Below are positions 50,331 through 64,000 of a DNA stretch of 64,000 bases, in pieces. The DNA is from Octopus sinensis (lineage: Eukaryota). Both the position numbers and the translations under genes were made by a program. Location of the stretch: NCBI RefSeq assembly GCF_006345805.1, contig NC_043011.1, positions 25,308,464 through 25,372,463 on the forward strand, given 5' to 3'. Position 1 is the first letter of the stretch; each line of letters opens with the position of its first letter. Below the pieces are notes generated by a model. That model was given only the letters and a program-made list of their open reading frames with translations. It ran no database searches and was not told the DNA's origin.

Positions 50331-52099
50331 TACCAAATCCTCCACTCACAAGGCTTTGGTCAGCCTGGGACTACAGTAGAAGACTCTCTTCCAAGGTGTC
50401 ACACAGTTGGATTGAACCTGAGATCACAAGGTTAGGAAGCAAGCTCCTTAACCCCACAGCAATCCCTGTGCCTATGAATTGTGCATAAAGTATTGATTTC
50501 AAAGTTTGGCACAAGGCCAGCAATTTCGGGGAAAAGAACAAGACAGTATTAGTGATTAACTGGTACTTATTTTATCAACCTTGAAAGGATGAAAGGCAAA
50601 GTTGACCTTGGTGGAATTTGCACTCAGATTGTGAAGATAGATGAAATACCGTTAAGCATTTTGCTCAGTGTGCTAACGGTCCTGCCAGCTTGTCTCCTTA
50701 AATTATGCATAAACTATTAACAACTACAAGAGATAAAAGATAATTCACGATTCAGTATATGATCAAAGATATTCTAGTTGTGGCCATTCCACCTTTGAAT
50801 GACATAATCTTATCTAAAGCATCTTTCCTTTCTTAGTGGTAGTATATAATTTGAAGTTGAACTAGCTGCTATTTCTAGAAGATTGAATGACCACAATGTT
50901 GCTCTGTTTGTGTGTCTGACTTCAAATCTAGCGACGGGGCAGTGGATAGGTGGTGAAATGTCTGCTTTGTTATCTTTCTTATCTTTGTTGTTGATAGAAC
51001 CAAGTTTCACTTATACACAGTCATGTCAGTCAAACTATGTTTCTTGTACTATTTATGAAAGAAAGGGATTTTATAATTTTTTTTTTGTGTGGGCTAAGAA
51101 ACAGACACTTGTCACTATATTAAAGACTGCACTATAGCAATGATAACAATGATGATGATGGCCCCTGACGGTCCATATAAGATTTTTTTGTGGGAGGAGT
51201 GTCGTTGCAACTAAATAGTAAATTGGGGATCCACAATAGAATTCTAAGGGTCCCCCACAAAAAAAAACTTGCTTTTGATCTATGTATTGGTATGTATTAC
51301 ATGAAACAGCTAGGTTTCTTTTTCTAACATTTTACAAAAAAGAAAATGAGAATTTTGAAAGGGGTTTCTATAAAATATGGGATCCACCAGAATAAAATAG
51401 TAATAAAAGGGGTCCATAGATAAAAAAAAATAGTCAAGAACCCTTGATGGTGATGATGATGATGATGATGATGATGGTGATGATGATCATTACCATGACC
51501 ACGACCATGACCACCACCATGACCACCACCACGACCACCACCATGACCACCACCACGACCACCACCATGACCACCACCATGACCACCACCACGACCACCA
51601 TCACCATCGCAATCTGGTCAACTTATCTTTTCATCATTGGTGGAGTGGTAGTCAATAAAGTAGTAGTCCTGCAATTGGTTTGATTCATCTTTAACCATTC
51701 TTTTTCTCCAGATATATTTCCTTTATGTTCTAGGATAAATCAGTTTTGCTGAGGTCTGGAAACAGATAGGCTGTGTTAGGTTTAACTCATTTGCATTCAT
51801 ATTACTCTGTCAAATGTAATGCTTATTTATTCACATTGTTTTGATTTAATCATGCATTATGTTGTAGCTTTGAGATTTTGATAACAAGATTGTTTACTTT
51901 ATAGTACGACATACAGAAGTTGTAAGAGACTATATTTGGCCAGTTTGAACATTAAACAAATAGCATATTTTGGCCAGATATGGCTGGTTTACATGCTAAA
52001 GGGGCAAATCCCTCAGACATGTGGTATGATTCTATCAGAAATTAGGAGTTGAAAGCTCAAGAAAGGAAAGAAGTATATATGTATGTGTGAATATAATAT

Positions 52100-52190
<91 letters not shown>

Positions 52191-52259
52191 TTATATATAT
52201 AAAACTGAGAATGTAGTGTCATAGGCCCCCCAAAAAGTTTAACTTTGGTATCTCTGTTA

Positions 52260-52600
52260 GTATATATATTTATAACAACAGATGGCTTTCGACTGAGAAC
52301 AAAGCAACTTGAGCTGGCATTTATGAAGTGAAAGCCTAAAGGCAGGAACATAGGAGATGGACATAAGAGGTGCTGGCAGTCGGCAGTCAGGCCATGAAAG
52401 AAAAAACATGGCTGGCTGGACACTGGTCATGTGGAAGGAGGAGAAAGGGGTAGGGGGCGATTTTTTCCTGTCTTCCTTTTCTTTTGGACTTCCCTCTGTC
52501 TCCTGTTTCTGAAGAAGAGCTTTGCTTGTAACGTAAAACCCCCCTTTCTTTCCTCCCCTGAGCATCTTATTAATACTTTGCAAGTACCACGACCTCACAT
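52260..52600 (+). mobile_element. Penelope-like element 3' end (ORF tail + pLTR-like UTR)
   Basis: Degenerate ORF end (RTKQLELAFMK*KPKGRN) resembling a GIY-YIG C-terminus, followed by a minimal hammerhead. Confidence 0.5.
52505..52539 (+). ncRNA. Minimal hammerhead ribozyme relic (core mutated)
   Basis: GTTT-CTGAAGA-AGAGC-TTT-GCTT-GTAAC-GTA-AAAC: stems I and II present, palindromic ACGT stem III, GAAA mutated to GTAA. Confidence 0.6.
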
Positions 52601-52622
52601 TTTTCTTGTCTGTTTTTTTTAA

Positions 52623-52662
<40 letters not shown>

Positions 52663-53698
52663 TACATATAATACACACACACATACAGACACGTGCGTGT
52701 GCGTGCACACACACACACACACACACACAAAATAAGAACTGTTTCAGTTGCATTTTTTATTGATGAATAATTTGATAACATCATGAAAATAAATATTTTC
52801 TTCAGGTGAATTAAAAATCTGAAATTTACCAAGAAAATACCAAGATGTGGAATATGGATTGACCCTCTCATTTTGGCACCAATGAAGAGAGTGAAAACAT
52901 ACTGAGATTTAAGCATATTTTATTGGCCTATGGGTTATAAAACAATGGACAATGTCACAGATGATTTTTTAAATGGAATTAGAGAGATAAAAGATAGGAG
53001 GGAGACAGAGAGAATGAAATAAGGAGGAGAAGGAAGCGAGGCTGGGTTAAGGGTTAATAATATAGTGTGGCCAAGACAAATGCCCTGGTGCCAGGGAACC
53101 TCTATTTTATTAAAAGTAGCACCTAAATCCCCTCACATCCTATCATTCTTAAAAGAAGAAAGGACACATTAGGCAAACTAGACATAAATAATGTCTACTT
53201 ACACAGGATAGTCACAACAAGAACAACAATCATCATCATCGTTGCTGTTGTTGTCATCTCCCCCATCATCATCATCATCTTTAGTTGCAGCAGCAGTGGT
53301 AGGAATGATGTAAAGAGCTTAGGGTGTTGTTTACAGGTTTATTGTTATCTAGACTTCTGTTATCTATCTAATGCCATACAAAGACCATAGCTGAATAGTT
53401 TCCCTGATAATTTCATACATGATTATATATGAAACTTAGAAAACATCTTTATCTATAATTTTCTCCTACAATTCAGTGCACTTCATAGTTCATGTGCCTA
53501 AATAAAATTGGTATAAAATTGGTCATAATTTGTTCATCTTCATTGTTTATCATTTATTTACATCATGAAGTAGGTTCTGAGGAGTTAACCATCTTGCTTT
53601 CTAACAATGTGGCTTCAATTTCAATCCTACTGTATGACACCTTGGGCAAGTGTCTTCTATATTAATGGACTGACCAAAGCCTTGTGCATAGATTCGGT

Positions 53699-54216
<518 letters not shown>

Positions 54217-54445
54217 CGACAGGCTTCTCTCAGTTTCTGTCTACCAAATCCACTCACAAGGTTTTGGTTGGCCCGAAGCTATAGAAAAAAGATACTTGCC
54301 CAAGGTACCATGCAGTGGGACTGAACCTGGAACCATATGGTTGAAAAGCAACCTTCTTACCACACAGGCACACCTGTGTCCATCCATATATACATACATA
54401 TATATATATACAAATACACATTTATATATATATATATATGATATA

Positions 54446-54502
<57 letters not shown>

Positions 54503-54529
54503 CAAATATATACACATACAAATATATAT

Positions 54530-55220
54530 CATCATCATCATTATCGTTTAATGTCTGTTTTCCATGCTGGCATGTGTTTGATGGTTTAACTGGTGTCTGG
54601 GAAGCCAGTAGGCTGGACTAGGCTCCAGTCTAATCTGGCAGTGTTTCTACAGCTGGATGCCCTTTTTAACACCAACCAGTCTGAGAGTGTAGTGGTTGCT
54701 TTTTACGGGCCACCGGCACAGGGGCCAGAGAGGGCTGGCAACAATCACAATCGGTTGGTGCTTCTTATGTGCCCTCGGCATGGAAGCCAGTCAAGGCAGC
54801 ACTGGTATCAGCCATGTTCAGATGGTGCTTCTTATGTGCCACTGGCACGGGGATCACAACTACAATTTCCATATGATTTTGATGTACTTGACTCAATAAG
54901 TCTCCTCAAACATGGCATATTGCCCTATGATCCAAGGTACTTTTGAGTGGACTGGTTATGCGACACTGGTGTAGGCTACAGCTGTGAACTCACTTTATTT
55001 GCCTGGTCTTCTCAGTCACAGCATATCTTCAGAGGTCTTGGTCTTTTGTTGTTGCCTCTGTGAGGCCCACCATTCGAAGGTCATGCTCCACCACCTCATC
55101 CCATGTTTTCCTGGGTCTCCCTCTACCCCAGATTCCTTCCACTGTTTGGGAGTGGCACTTCTTCACACAGCTCTCCTCATCCATCCATAGTACATGACCA
55201 TACCAACGCAAACGTCTCTC
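54530..55220 (-). mobile_element. RTE LINE 3' end: ORF tail plus 3' UTR with internal tandem repeats and (GAT)n tail
   Basis: RRLRWYGHVLWMDEESCVKKC..GRGRPRKTWDEVV..DL, contiguous with GGCAC(G/A)TAA.AAGCAC repeats, the GG(A)AGGGCATCCAGCTGTAGAAAC core and GATGATGAT. Confidence 0.8.
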
Positions 55221-56569
55221 TTGCATGTGTGTGTGTGTATTTGTGTGTATGTGTGTATATATGTTTTTGTATGGGTGTGTATGTGGGTGTGTTTGTATAC
55301 TTGTGTACAAATGCATATATGAAGAGTGTGGATGTAGGTATGTTATTTGTTGTATGGATGTACATGTTTGTGTATGCATATGCTTATGTTTGCGTGTATG
55401 TTGGTTGCTGGTGTCTTAGTGTTGGTTGCTTGTATGCTGGTTGGTGTTTTGCTGATATATATTTTGGGTCATGCGTGTGTGTGCTGGTGCCTGCCATATC
55501 TGCATGCATGCACATATGCACACAAACTTATATACTCACTGGCTTTACTTAAGCCATATTCAGACACACTGATACTGCCAGTTTCCTGTCCAACAACCTC
55601 ATGGTCAAGAAACTCCCTTTTTCTGATGCAACAGGTGTCACTTACCAAGTGACATAATTCACTGTAACACCATGTGACCCTCATTGACCAATAGCAGCCC
55701 ATATTCTGGTAGCTATCTTGGACTTCCTGGAACTCTTCTTCATTTAGCCATTCCAGAAGCCTGAAGGAGATAAACCCCGTTAGGGGCCTTCAAAACTTGA
55801 AGTAGCATGGAAACCAAATCAAACTGTTTTAAATAAAACTTGTAACTCCTAGTAAATGTGTTAAGTGCCTTTTTCTTTCATTTGTTTGGTACCAAGTCAG
55901 TAGTGGAGGTGGATGCTCTGAGAGTGTAGCTGCAAAAAAAAAAAAAAGAAAAACTTGAGCAATATCATGATTTAGCATGAGTGCGCTGAAGAGATTGTGG
56001 AAGACCAAGACAGTGATTATTTCTGTAGTAATTGGTGCAATTGGTGGAAGCACAATGGCTCAGTGGTTAGGGAAGCGGACTTGCAGTCGGAGGATCATGG
56101 TTTTGATTCCCAGACCGGGTGTTGTGTGTGTTTATTGAGCAAAAACACCCAAAAGCTCCACGATGCTCTGGCAGGGGTTGGTGGCAACCCCTGTTGTACT
56201 CTTTTGCCACAACTTTCTCTCACTCTCTCTTCCTGTTTCTTGAGTAATGCTGCCATGGACTGGCATCCCATTCAGCTGGGTGGAACACATACGCCACAGA
56301 AACCAGGAAACCGGGCCCATGAGCCTTGCTAGGCTTGAAAAGGGCGAAAAAAAAAAATTGGTGCAATTGGCACAACCCCTAAAATGCTACCTGAAAGAAA
56401 CTGAAAGGGATTTGAATTCAAACTTGCATTGTTGACCTGCAGAAAAGCACACTCCTATATTCTTCAAGTATCCTAAGGAAGATTCTTGAGATTTGAGGAT
56501 ACTTGTCACTAAATACCAAGATAAACTAAATTAGTATGCACTAGTGTAACAACATCAACAACAACAACA

Positions 56570-56791
56570 GTCCTTTCTACTAAAAGCAAAAAGCCTGAAA
56601 TTTGGTGGGAATGCACTAATCGATTACATTGACCCCAGTGTTTCACTGGTACTTAATTTATCAACCCCACAAGGAGGAAAAGCAAAGTTGATTTTGGCAG
56701 AAGCTGAACTCAGAACACAGCAACAGATGAAATACCACTAAGCATTTCATCCTGTGTGCTAATGATTCTGCCAGCTCACCACCTTAATAAA

Positions 56792-56825
<34 letters not shown>

Positions 56826-57295
56826 GTTTCGAATTTTGCCACAAGGGCAGCAATTTTGGGGGTGGGGGCTAGTCAACTATATTGACCCCAGTGTTTCACT
56901 GGTACTTAACTTATTGACTCTGAAAGAATGAATGACAAAGTTGACCTCGGCAGAATTTGAACGCAGAATGTAGCAATTGGTGAAATATCACTAAGCATTT
57001 CGTTCGGCATGCTAACAATTCTGCCAACTTGCTACCTTAATAATGATGATGATGATGATGATGACAACGACGACAATGATGATTTCAAATTTTTGCACAA
57101 GGCCAGTAAGTTTGGGGAAGGGGTCTAGTTTGTTATATTGACCTTAGCACTCAACTGGTACTTATTTTATTGAGCCAGAAAGGATGAGAGCCAAAGTCAA
57201 CCTTGGCAGAATTTGAACTCCGAATGTAAAGATGGACGAAATGTTGCTAAGCATATTACCTGGTGTGCTAATGATTCTGCTCGCTTGCCACCTTA
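56570..57295 (-). repeat. Three head-to-tail copies of the same SINE family separated by (AAT)n/(GAT)n
   Basis: Units at ~56570, ~56825 and ~57075, each with CAAAGTTGA.CT.GGCAGAA.TTGAAC. Single copies lie at 1-165, 1335-1515, 23095-23310, 24850-25060, 39385-39580(+), 50500-50700 and 61388-61530. Confidence 0.8.
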
Positions 57296-57356
57296 ATAAT
57301 AATGAAATGACATAACATGAAATTACTAATTGCTTTGTATTTTTGTTGTTTTGCAG

Positions 57357-57650
57357 ATGAATGTAACCAAATTCCTTTACCAGCCATTCCTGGGTTAACC
57401 TCAACAGTTTCTCCTGTTTCTCAGTCAACAGTACAAAATAATTCAGTTTCTCGTGGTGTCCCTGTCCCACGGTCACCTAATCGGAAAACTATTCCAAATA
57501 ACACTTTTATAACTCGTTTGTATGGAAACTGTACTACACATAAAGAATGTCCTGAATTTGCAGAATGTAGGCCATTAGCATGTGAAGGCTATGTCTGTAT
57601 ATGTATTGAAGACTTTGTGCCAGCCAGAAATTCTACAGTTTGTATTAAAA
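57357..57650 (+). CDS. Cys-rich protein exon A2 (S/T/P-rich linker + 7-Cys module), 294 nt, phase 1-1
   Basis: ttttgcag| ... aaaa|gtgagt. Encodes (N)ECNQIPLPAIPGLTSTVSP...RLYGNCTTHKECPEFAECRPLACEGYVCICIEDFVPARNSTVCIK. Confidence 0.88.
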
Positions 57651-58799
57651 GTGAGTACACATCCCTTTTTCTTTTTTTTATTTCTTATCTTTTACATGCT
57701 TCAGTCATTGAATTGTGACCATGGTACTTATTCTCTCAGACTCTCTTACCGAACTGCAAAGTTATTGGGACATAAACAAACCAGCAATGGTTGTCAAACA
57801 GTGGAATGGGGAAAGCACAAACAAAAACACACACATACACACATGCACATATACACACAAGCACACACACTCACATATATACATATATGCATGCATCACA
57901 CACATACACACAAACACACACACATATATGCATGCATGCACACACACATATATATACGCATGCACCCATGCACACACATGCATGTATATACATTGGGCTT
58001 TTACTCAGTTCCTGTCTACCAAATTCACTCACAAAGCATTGGTTAGCCTGGAGCTGTCATTGAATACACTTGCCCAAGATGTCACATAGTAGGACTGAAC
58101 CTGAAACCATATGGTTGCTAAGAGAGCTTCTTAACCACGCAGTCATGCATGCAACTACCTGAAAAAAATCTTTAGTAAATTTTCTCACTGCTCCCTGTTG
58201 AGTTTAGAGAGTTGTTAGAATGTCAAATGGTATTCCTTGCTGTATTTGTTCTAGAACTCTCTGCCCTGAGTTCAAATCCTGCCAAGGTCAACTTTGCCTT
58301 CCATACTTATGAAGTTGTTAAATAAGGCATAAGTCCTTTTTTTCTTTACCTAAGTCCTTTGCCCTTTAGGGAATATACCATCATCATCATCATCATTTAA
58401 TGTCCATTTTCCATGCTGTCGTAAGTCAGCCATCAGTAACTTTTTCCCCACTGTTCTGGGCCTATGACTGACTTTTCTGCTTCTCTGCAGTTGAATTCTC
58501 TCCTTTTCCCTTTCAGGTTTTGCTGCATTGCTTCAAATGTTTCCCCGAGAGAAGGACTTCCTCTCCCAGTTTTTCTAGTTCAATGCTTCTGTATTTTTGC
58601 TTTCTTTTGGTAGGGCTTTAAGCAAATCCATTTTTACCTCTGGGAATAGGTGGTTCTTATTAGCCTAGTATCTGTCCTTTCACTGATCCAGCATGTCATA
58701 GCTGGCATAACTCTCAGGGTCATCAAGGCATACGCTGCAACAAGGTCTTGACCTTACAGTCCAGTACTGGAGTCAGTTCTTCTTTTCATCCCATCCTTC

Positions 58800-59020
58800 T
58801 GTCTGTCAATCTGTCTATCTCTGTCTGTCTGTCTCTATCTGTCTGTATGTCTGTCTCTATCTGTCTGTCTGTCTATCTGTCTATCTGTCTATCTGTGTCT
58901 GTCTGTCTCTATCTGTCTGTATGTCTGTCTCTATCTGTCTGTCTGTCTATCTGTCTGTTGTCTCTCTCCCTTTCCCTCTCCCTCTCCCTCCCTCCCACTC
59001 TCCCTTTCTCTCTCTCCCAT
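58800..59020. repeat. (TCTG/TCTA)n and (TC)n microsatellite
   Basis: Direct inspection; a (GA)n/(GATA)n tract lies at 34760-35040. Confidence 0.9.
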
Positions 59021-60321
59021 GACTGAAGTAGGATGGGCTCTGCCAACTTTAAAATGTTTGAAGTATTTTATATGACATGATGGTGCTCTTGTGACTTCAT
59101 CAGTTGTTGATAGCCCACATAAACAACAAAGGATTAATACTGTATGTATCCTGAGTCAAGCAGTTCAAGATTTAGTGATGACAGTGGTGATTATTACACT
59201 TGTGAACCAAATATATCATGATTCATTCTACTCTTGTAATTGATCACTTAGAGACTGAAGTTTTGATTTTTTAAAAATCTGAAAGAAATATGTTTTTGTA
59301 CAGCCATCAGTATCCTACTTAATATAAATACATTGTAAAAAAAACAAATTTACTATGGTATTTGTCTAGAGATAGTATCTCTTACAGTATAAGCTGTTTA
59401 AAAACACAAATTATTTCAGTAGCCAATGAAGATCATCCTGAAGTGGAAGATGAAAATGTTAGATATGCATTTCTGCCTTGTATAGCTTTGTCAGTAGCAT
59501 GAAGCCATTGCCAACTACATGCAAAGATGAAATCCCTTGATCAGAGCGACAAACTGGCCTCCGTGCCGGTGGCACGTAAAAGCACCATTCGAGCGTGATC
59601 GTTACCTGCGTCGCCTTACTGGCACTTGTGCTGGTGGCACATGAAAAAACATTCAAGTGAGGTCATTGCCAGTGCCACTAGACTGGCTCCTGTGCAGGTG
59701 GCACACATAAAGCACCATTTGAGCGTGGCCATTGCCAGTCCTACCTGACTGGCCCTCATGCCGGTGGCACGTAAAAGCACCCACTACACTCTCAGAGTGG
59801 TTGGCGCTAGGAAGGGCATCCAGCTGTAGAAACTCTGCCAGATCACACTGGAGTCTGGTGCAGCCATCTGGTTTGCCAGACCTCAGTCAAATTGTCCAAC
59901 CCATGCTAGCATGGAAAGCGGATGTTAAACAATGATGATGATGATGACTGTTATAGGGAAACAAAGACTGAACAATCACTGAAGTTGCAATTAGCTGTCT
60001 TGTTGAATAAGAGTCCACTATATGAACAGAAACAGCATTATAGTTTTATCCATTACTGAAATAGTTTGTATTTATAAATACAGCATATCTATAAGAGATA
60101 CTATTGCTAGATGAATACCACATGAAATTTGTCTTTTCATGTTATGTTTACATTAAGTAAGTGCAGGCATGGCTGTGTGGCAAGAAGTTTACTTTCTAAT
60201 CACATGGTTCTGGGTTTAGACCTCCTGTAAGGAAGCTTGAGTGAGTGTCTTATACTACAGCCTTGGGCCAATCAAAGCCTTTTGAGTGGATTTGGCAGAC
60301 GGATACTGAAAGAAGACTGTC

Positions 60322-60376
<55 letters not shown>

Positions 60377-60661
60377 TGTGTGTTTGTGTCTATATTTGTC
60401 CGTCACCAGCATTTGACAATTGGTGTTGGTGTTGGTGTGTTTATGCCACATAATTTAGCAGTTCGGCAAAAGTGACTCATAGAATAAATACTAGGCTTAA
60501 AAAAAAAGTACTAAAGTCAATTTGTTCTACTAAAATTCTTCAAGGCAGTGCCCCAGCATGGCTGAAACAAGTAAAAGACACACAGATGGTTCTTTTAATC
60601 TAACACTACTTCTGTTGCATGTAATGGATACTTTTGTATATTTTACAAAATGCTTTTTCAG

Positions 60662-60964
60662 AATCAAGACTTTCCGAAATATGTGAAGTTGACGAGCAAT
60701 GCCCAGGAGAATTTTCGTTTTGCACAAATGGTCTCTGCACATGCACAGCAGGTCTGGAAACAATTGATAATATCCATTGCAGTGTTCCAGGAACATCACT
60801 GCATGGTTACCAATGCAATAGTACAATAGTCTGTGCCATTCCAGATACAAGTTGTAGGAATGGGGTTTGTTCCTGCATCTCAGGTTTACGTCCCAAAACA
60901 ATTGAAGAGTTTGCTGCATACCCAAATGAAATTTGGAGCTGCATTGAAGAAGGGTTTTCTTTGA
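60662..60964 (+). CDS. Cys-rich protein exon B2 (two EB-like modules), 303 nt, phase 1-1
   Basis: tttttcag| ... ttga|gtaagt. Encodes KSRLSEICEVDEQCPGEFSFCTNGLCTCTAGLETIDNIHC...YQCNSTIVCAIPDTSCRNGVCSCISGL...IWSCIEEGFSL. Confidence 0.88.
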
Positions 60965-61052
60965 GTAAGTTTATCCCATTTTTCACTCATTATACTAAAG
61001 AAACTCCCTATAAAATAGAAAAAAATATGAAATAATCAAAATGCATTCTTAA

Positions 61053-61272
61053 CCCTTTCGTTACTGTATTTATTTTGAGATGCTCTGTGTTTCTTTCAAT
61101 TACTTTAAATATAACAAAGAACTTAGTGAAATAACTTAGCTATCATTCAGCTAGTGTTAGGAACATAAATTGTGACTAAGGTTTGGTGGAAGATTTTAAT
61201 TGAAAACTTATGAAAACAAGACATTTGTATTTAAAACCAGAGCCAGTTTCAGCCGGGTTGGTAATGAAAGGG
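61053..61272. mobile_element. piggyBac-like MITE, second family (220 bp)
   Basis: TTAA|CCCTTTCGTTAC ... GTAATGAAAGGG|TTAA. Confidence 0.85.
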
Positions 61273-61529
61273 TTAAAGCATATATTTCTTATTTCATGAA
61301 ATTATGGTGGTGGTGGTGATGGTGGTAGGGGTTGTTGAGTACACTACTACCACCACCACCACCACCACCACCACCACCACCACCACTGGTTTCAAATTTT
61401 GGTACAAGGCCAGCAATTTTTAAAGAGAGGTGGGCAAGTTGATTACATCAACTCCAATGCTCAACTGGTTCTTATTTTATCAATCTCAAAAGGATAAAAG
61501 GTGATGTGGACCTCAGTGGAATTTGAACT

Positions 61530-61720
61530 CCTGGCCAGCCTGGTGAGGGTGCCAGTATAGTCAGCAAGGACCTGACCATGCAATAGTTTGTACTAGATTC
61601 CATATTACCTGCAGCAATCACGAGAGACTTCACAAGTGACCTGACATTGATGGAAATGATGATGAGGTTCAGAGACTCTTGTCCTGCAAAGCAAAATATC
61701 CACAGCATATAACTGTACAG
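61530..61720 (-). mobile_element. LINE APE-endonuclease N-terminal fragment
   Basis: ESLNLIIISINVRSLVKSL resembles the S/TxNVRxL start of APE domains. Confidence 0.4.
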
Positions 61721-62358
61721 AGAGCTGTCAGTTGTGCAGCAGAACCTAGCACTTACATATTATAAGAATACAAAATCTCTACTACAGTGATCACTCAGAG
61801 TACTTGGCAGGATGGTCCTGCTCATGATATTCAAGCTGCCATTAAGGCTCAATAGTTACCAGCAGAGCCGCAAGTGTAAAATATAATTTTGTCTGAGTGC
61901 ACAGTGTTCTTAGTGGTTAGTGATGGTCTTTCTTAGTCATGAGTGGACAACCATCATCATTTATGTATGTATATATGTATGTATGCATGTATGTATGTAT
62001 GTATGTATGTATGTATGTATGTATGTATGTATGTATGTATGCATGCATGCATGCATGCATGTATGTATGTATTTATGAATGTATGTATGTATGTATGTAT
62101 GTATGTATGTATGTATGTATGTATGTATGTATGTGTACGTATACGTAATATATATGAATGAATGCATGTATGTATGTGAGCATGTATGTATATATGTATG
62201 TGTGCATGTATGTATGTAATGTGTATGTATGCATGTATGTATGTATGTATGTATGTATGTGTGCATGTATATAATATGTATGAATGTATGTATGTATGTA
62301 GCACATAGACAGTTGTATGCTAACATTTTAAATTGCTTTTTAATGTTTTATGTTTCAG

Positions 62359-62568
62359 ATGAATGCAATCATGTGGTGATTCCAATACCAAAACAATTAA
62401 ATGGTTCACAACATCAGACTTTTGGCAATACAAGTCTTGAAGATAGATGTTACAGCAATGACGATTGTCCTTTCCATGCTGACTGCCAACCTCGAAGTTG
62501 CGATCTTTTCATTTGTATCTGTTCTGAAGGATATAGACAATCACCTGATAGGTCAAGATGTGTAAAAC
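62359..62568 (+). CDS. Cys-rich protein exon A3 (linker + 7-Cys module), 210 nt, phase 1-1
   Basis: tgtttcag| ... aaac|gtgaga. Encodes (N)ECNHVVIPIP...SLEDRCYSNDDCPFHADCQPRSCDLFICICSEGYRQSPDRSRCVK. The gene presumably continues beyond the window. Confidence 0.88.
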
Positions 62569-63464
62569 GTGAGAATATTTAAGATTAATTTTACAATTTG
62601 ATATTAGAATGTTTCATATTGTTTGATGAAATCGAAATTGGAATCAAATTCGATGACTGGCATCCGAGCTAGTGGAGTGCTAAGAGTACCATACAAACAA
62701 GCTGGCCTCCGTGCCGATGGGCACGTAAAAAGCCCCATTCGAGTGTGATGGTTACCTGTGTCACCTTACTGGCACTTGTGCTGGTGGCACATGAAAAAAC
62801 ATTCGAGCGAGGTCGTTGCCAGTACCACTGGACTGGTTCATGTGCAGGTGGCACATAAAAATCACCATTTGAGCGTGGCAGCTGCCACTATCACCTGTCT
62901 GGCCCTCGTGCCGGTGGCACATAAAAGCGCCCACTATACTCTCGGAGTGGTTGGCATTAGGAAGGGCATCCAGCTGTAGAAACTCTGCTTGATCAGATTG
63001 GAGTCTAGTGCAGCCATCTGGTTCACCAGACCTCACTCAAAACGTCCAACCCATGCTAGCATGGAAGGCGGACGTTAAACGATGATGATGATGATGATGA
63101 TGATACCCCGCTATCTCAATAACTTGGTAATATTAATCTTATCTTTTTATCTTTCATTTTTTATTTGTTTTAGTCATTAGACTGTGGCCATGCTGGAGTA
63201 CCACCTTGAAGGGTTTTAGTTGAAAAAAATTCACCCCAGTATTTATTTTTAAGTATAATAATCATTCTGTTCTTTCAGTCTCTTTTGCTGAACTGCTAAG
63301 TTACGTGTATGAAAACAATCCCACACCACTTGTTAAGTGGTGGGGGAGGGGGACAAACACAAACACAAAGATGCACACGCTTAGCAGTTCAGTAAAAGAG
63401 ATCAGTGGAAAAAGTGCCAGACTTAAAGAAAACAAGTACTGGGACCTATTTGTTTGACCAAACC

Positions 63465-63830
63465 AGGAGTCTCTCAACCATTTTCTATCTATGGACCCCT
63501 TTGATTACTATTTTATTCTGGTGGATCCCCATTGTCATTCAATGTTTAGAAACTAGTTTCAGAGAAACTTTTTTTCAAAATTCCTATTTTGTTCATCACA
63601 TATTAACTTGTTAAAATTGAACTAAATAAAATGTTAGAGAAAGAAACCTAACAATTCATACATCTAAAGCAAAAGAAACCTAACAATTCATAAAGCAACA
63701 TTTTTGAATATCATCAGGGGCCCTTAAAATACTATTGTGGATCCCCAATTTACTATTCCGTTGCATTGGCCTCCAAAAACCTTATATGGACCCTCAGGGA
63801 ACATATGGACCCCAGTTGTGAACTACTAGA
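63465..63830 (+). mobile_element. hAT-Charlie-like MITE
   Basis: CAGGAGTCTCTCAACC start, ATGGACCCC subterminal repeats and a degenerate GTTG.GAAC end; an inverted homologue lies at ~51150-51445. Confidence 0.6.
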
Positions 63831-64000
63831 CTAAACCCTTCAAAGTTTTACCCCAGTATGGTTGCTGCCCTATGACAGAAACAACTAAAAAGAAAATAAT
63901 TAAAAAGAAAATAAACAAATTCAAAAACAAAACATGTGCATTCCATTGCCAAAAGTGTACACAAAACATACCCCATCAAAATTACCACCCCCCAAAAAAT

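Noticed and set aside
59420-59457. Possible extra exon (IANEDHPEVEDEN) between A2 and B2
   Set aside because: The available donor is phase 0, which would frameshift B2; A2 joins B2 directly and matches the A1-B1 junction.

Overview
AT-rich, repeat-saturated eukaryotic genomic DNA; the SINE/LINE content points to an octopus-like coleoid cephalopod (inference). Two spliced protein-coding genes are arranged divergently. (1) Cytosolic aspartate aminotransferase GOT1 on the minus strand: exon 1 at 15731-15842 and exon 2 at 3069-3250, with later exons apparently left of the window. (2) A plus-strand gene for a secreted or cell-surface cysteine-rich protein. Its signal peptide is split over two micro-exons (32675-32722, 35404-35437), followed by a tandemly duplicated two-exon unit (A1 43587, B1 47445, A2 57357, B2 60662, A3 62359) encoding three EB/EGF-like modules per unit; the gene runs off the right edge. 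A variant tRNA-His(GTG) lies antisense in one of its introns. The rest is mobile DNA: a near-intact R4/Dong LINE inserted in a (TAA)n tract, Penelope-like fragments with three decayed hammerhead ribozymes, head-to-tail Helitrons, mariner, Chapaev-like, hAT and piggyBac relics or MITEs, RTE/CR1 fragments, many tRNA-derived SINEs and long microsatellites. The notable unexplained structures are a recurrent set of fold-back inverted duplications next to TA-rich microsatellites (several in introns of the Cys-rich gene) and a ~480-bp inverted-repeat pair bracketing the GOT1 promoter and exon 1. Almost all long ORFs in the track are microsatellite or transposon artefacts. All alignments and identities were judged by eye.
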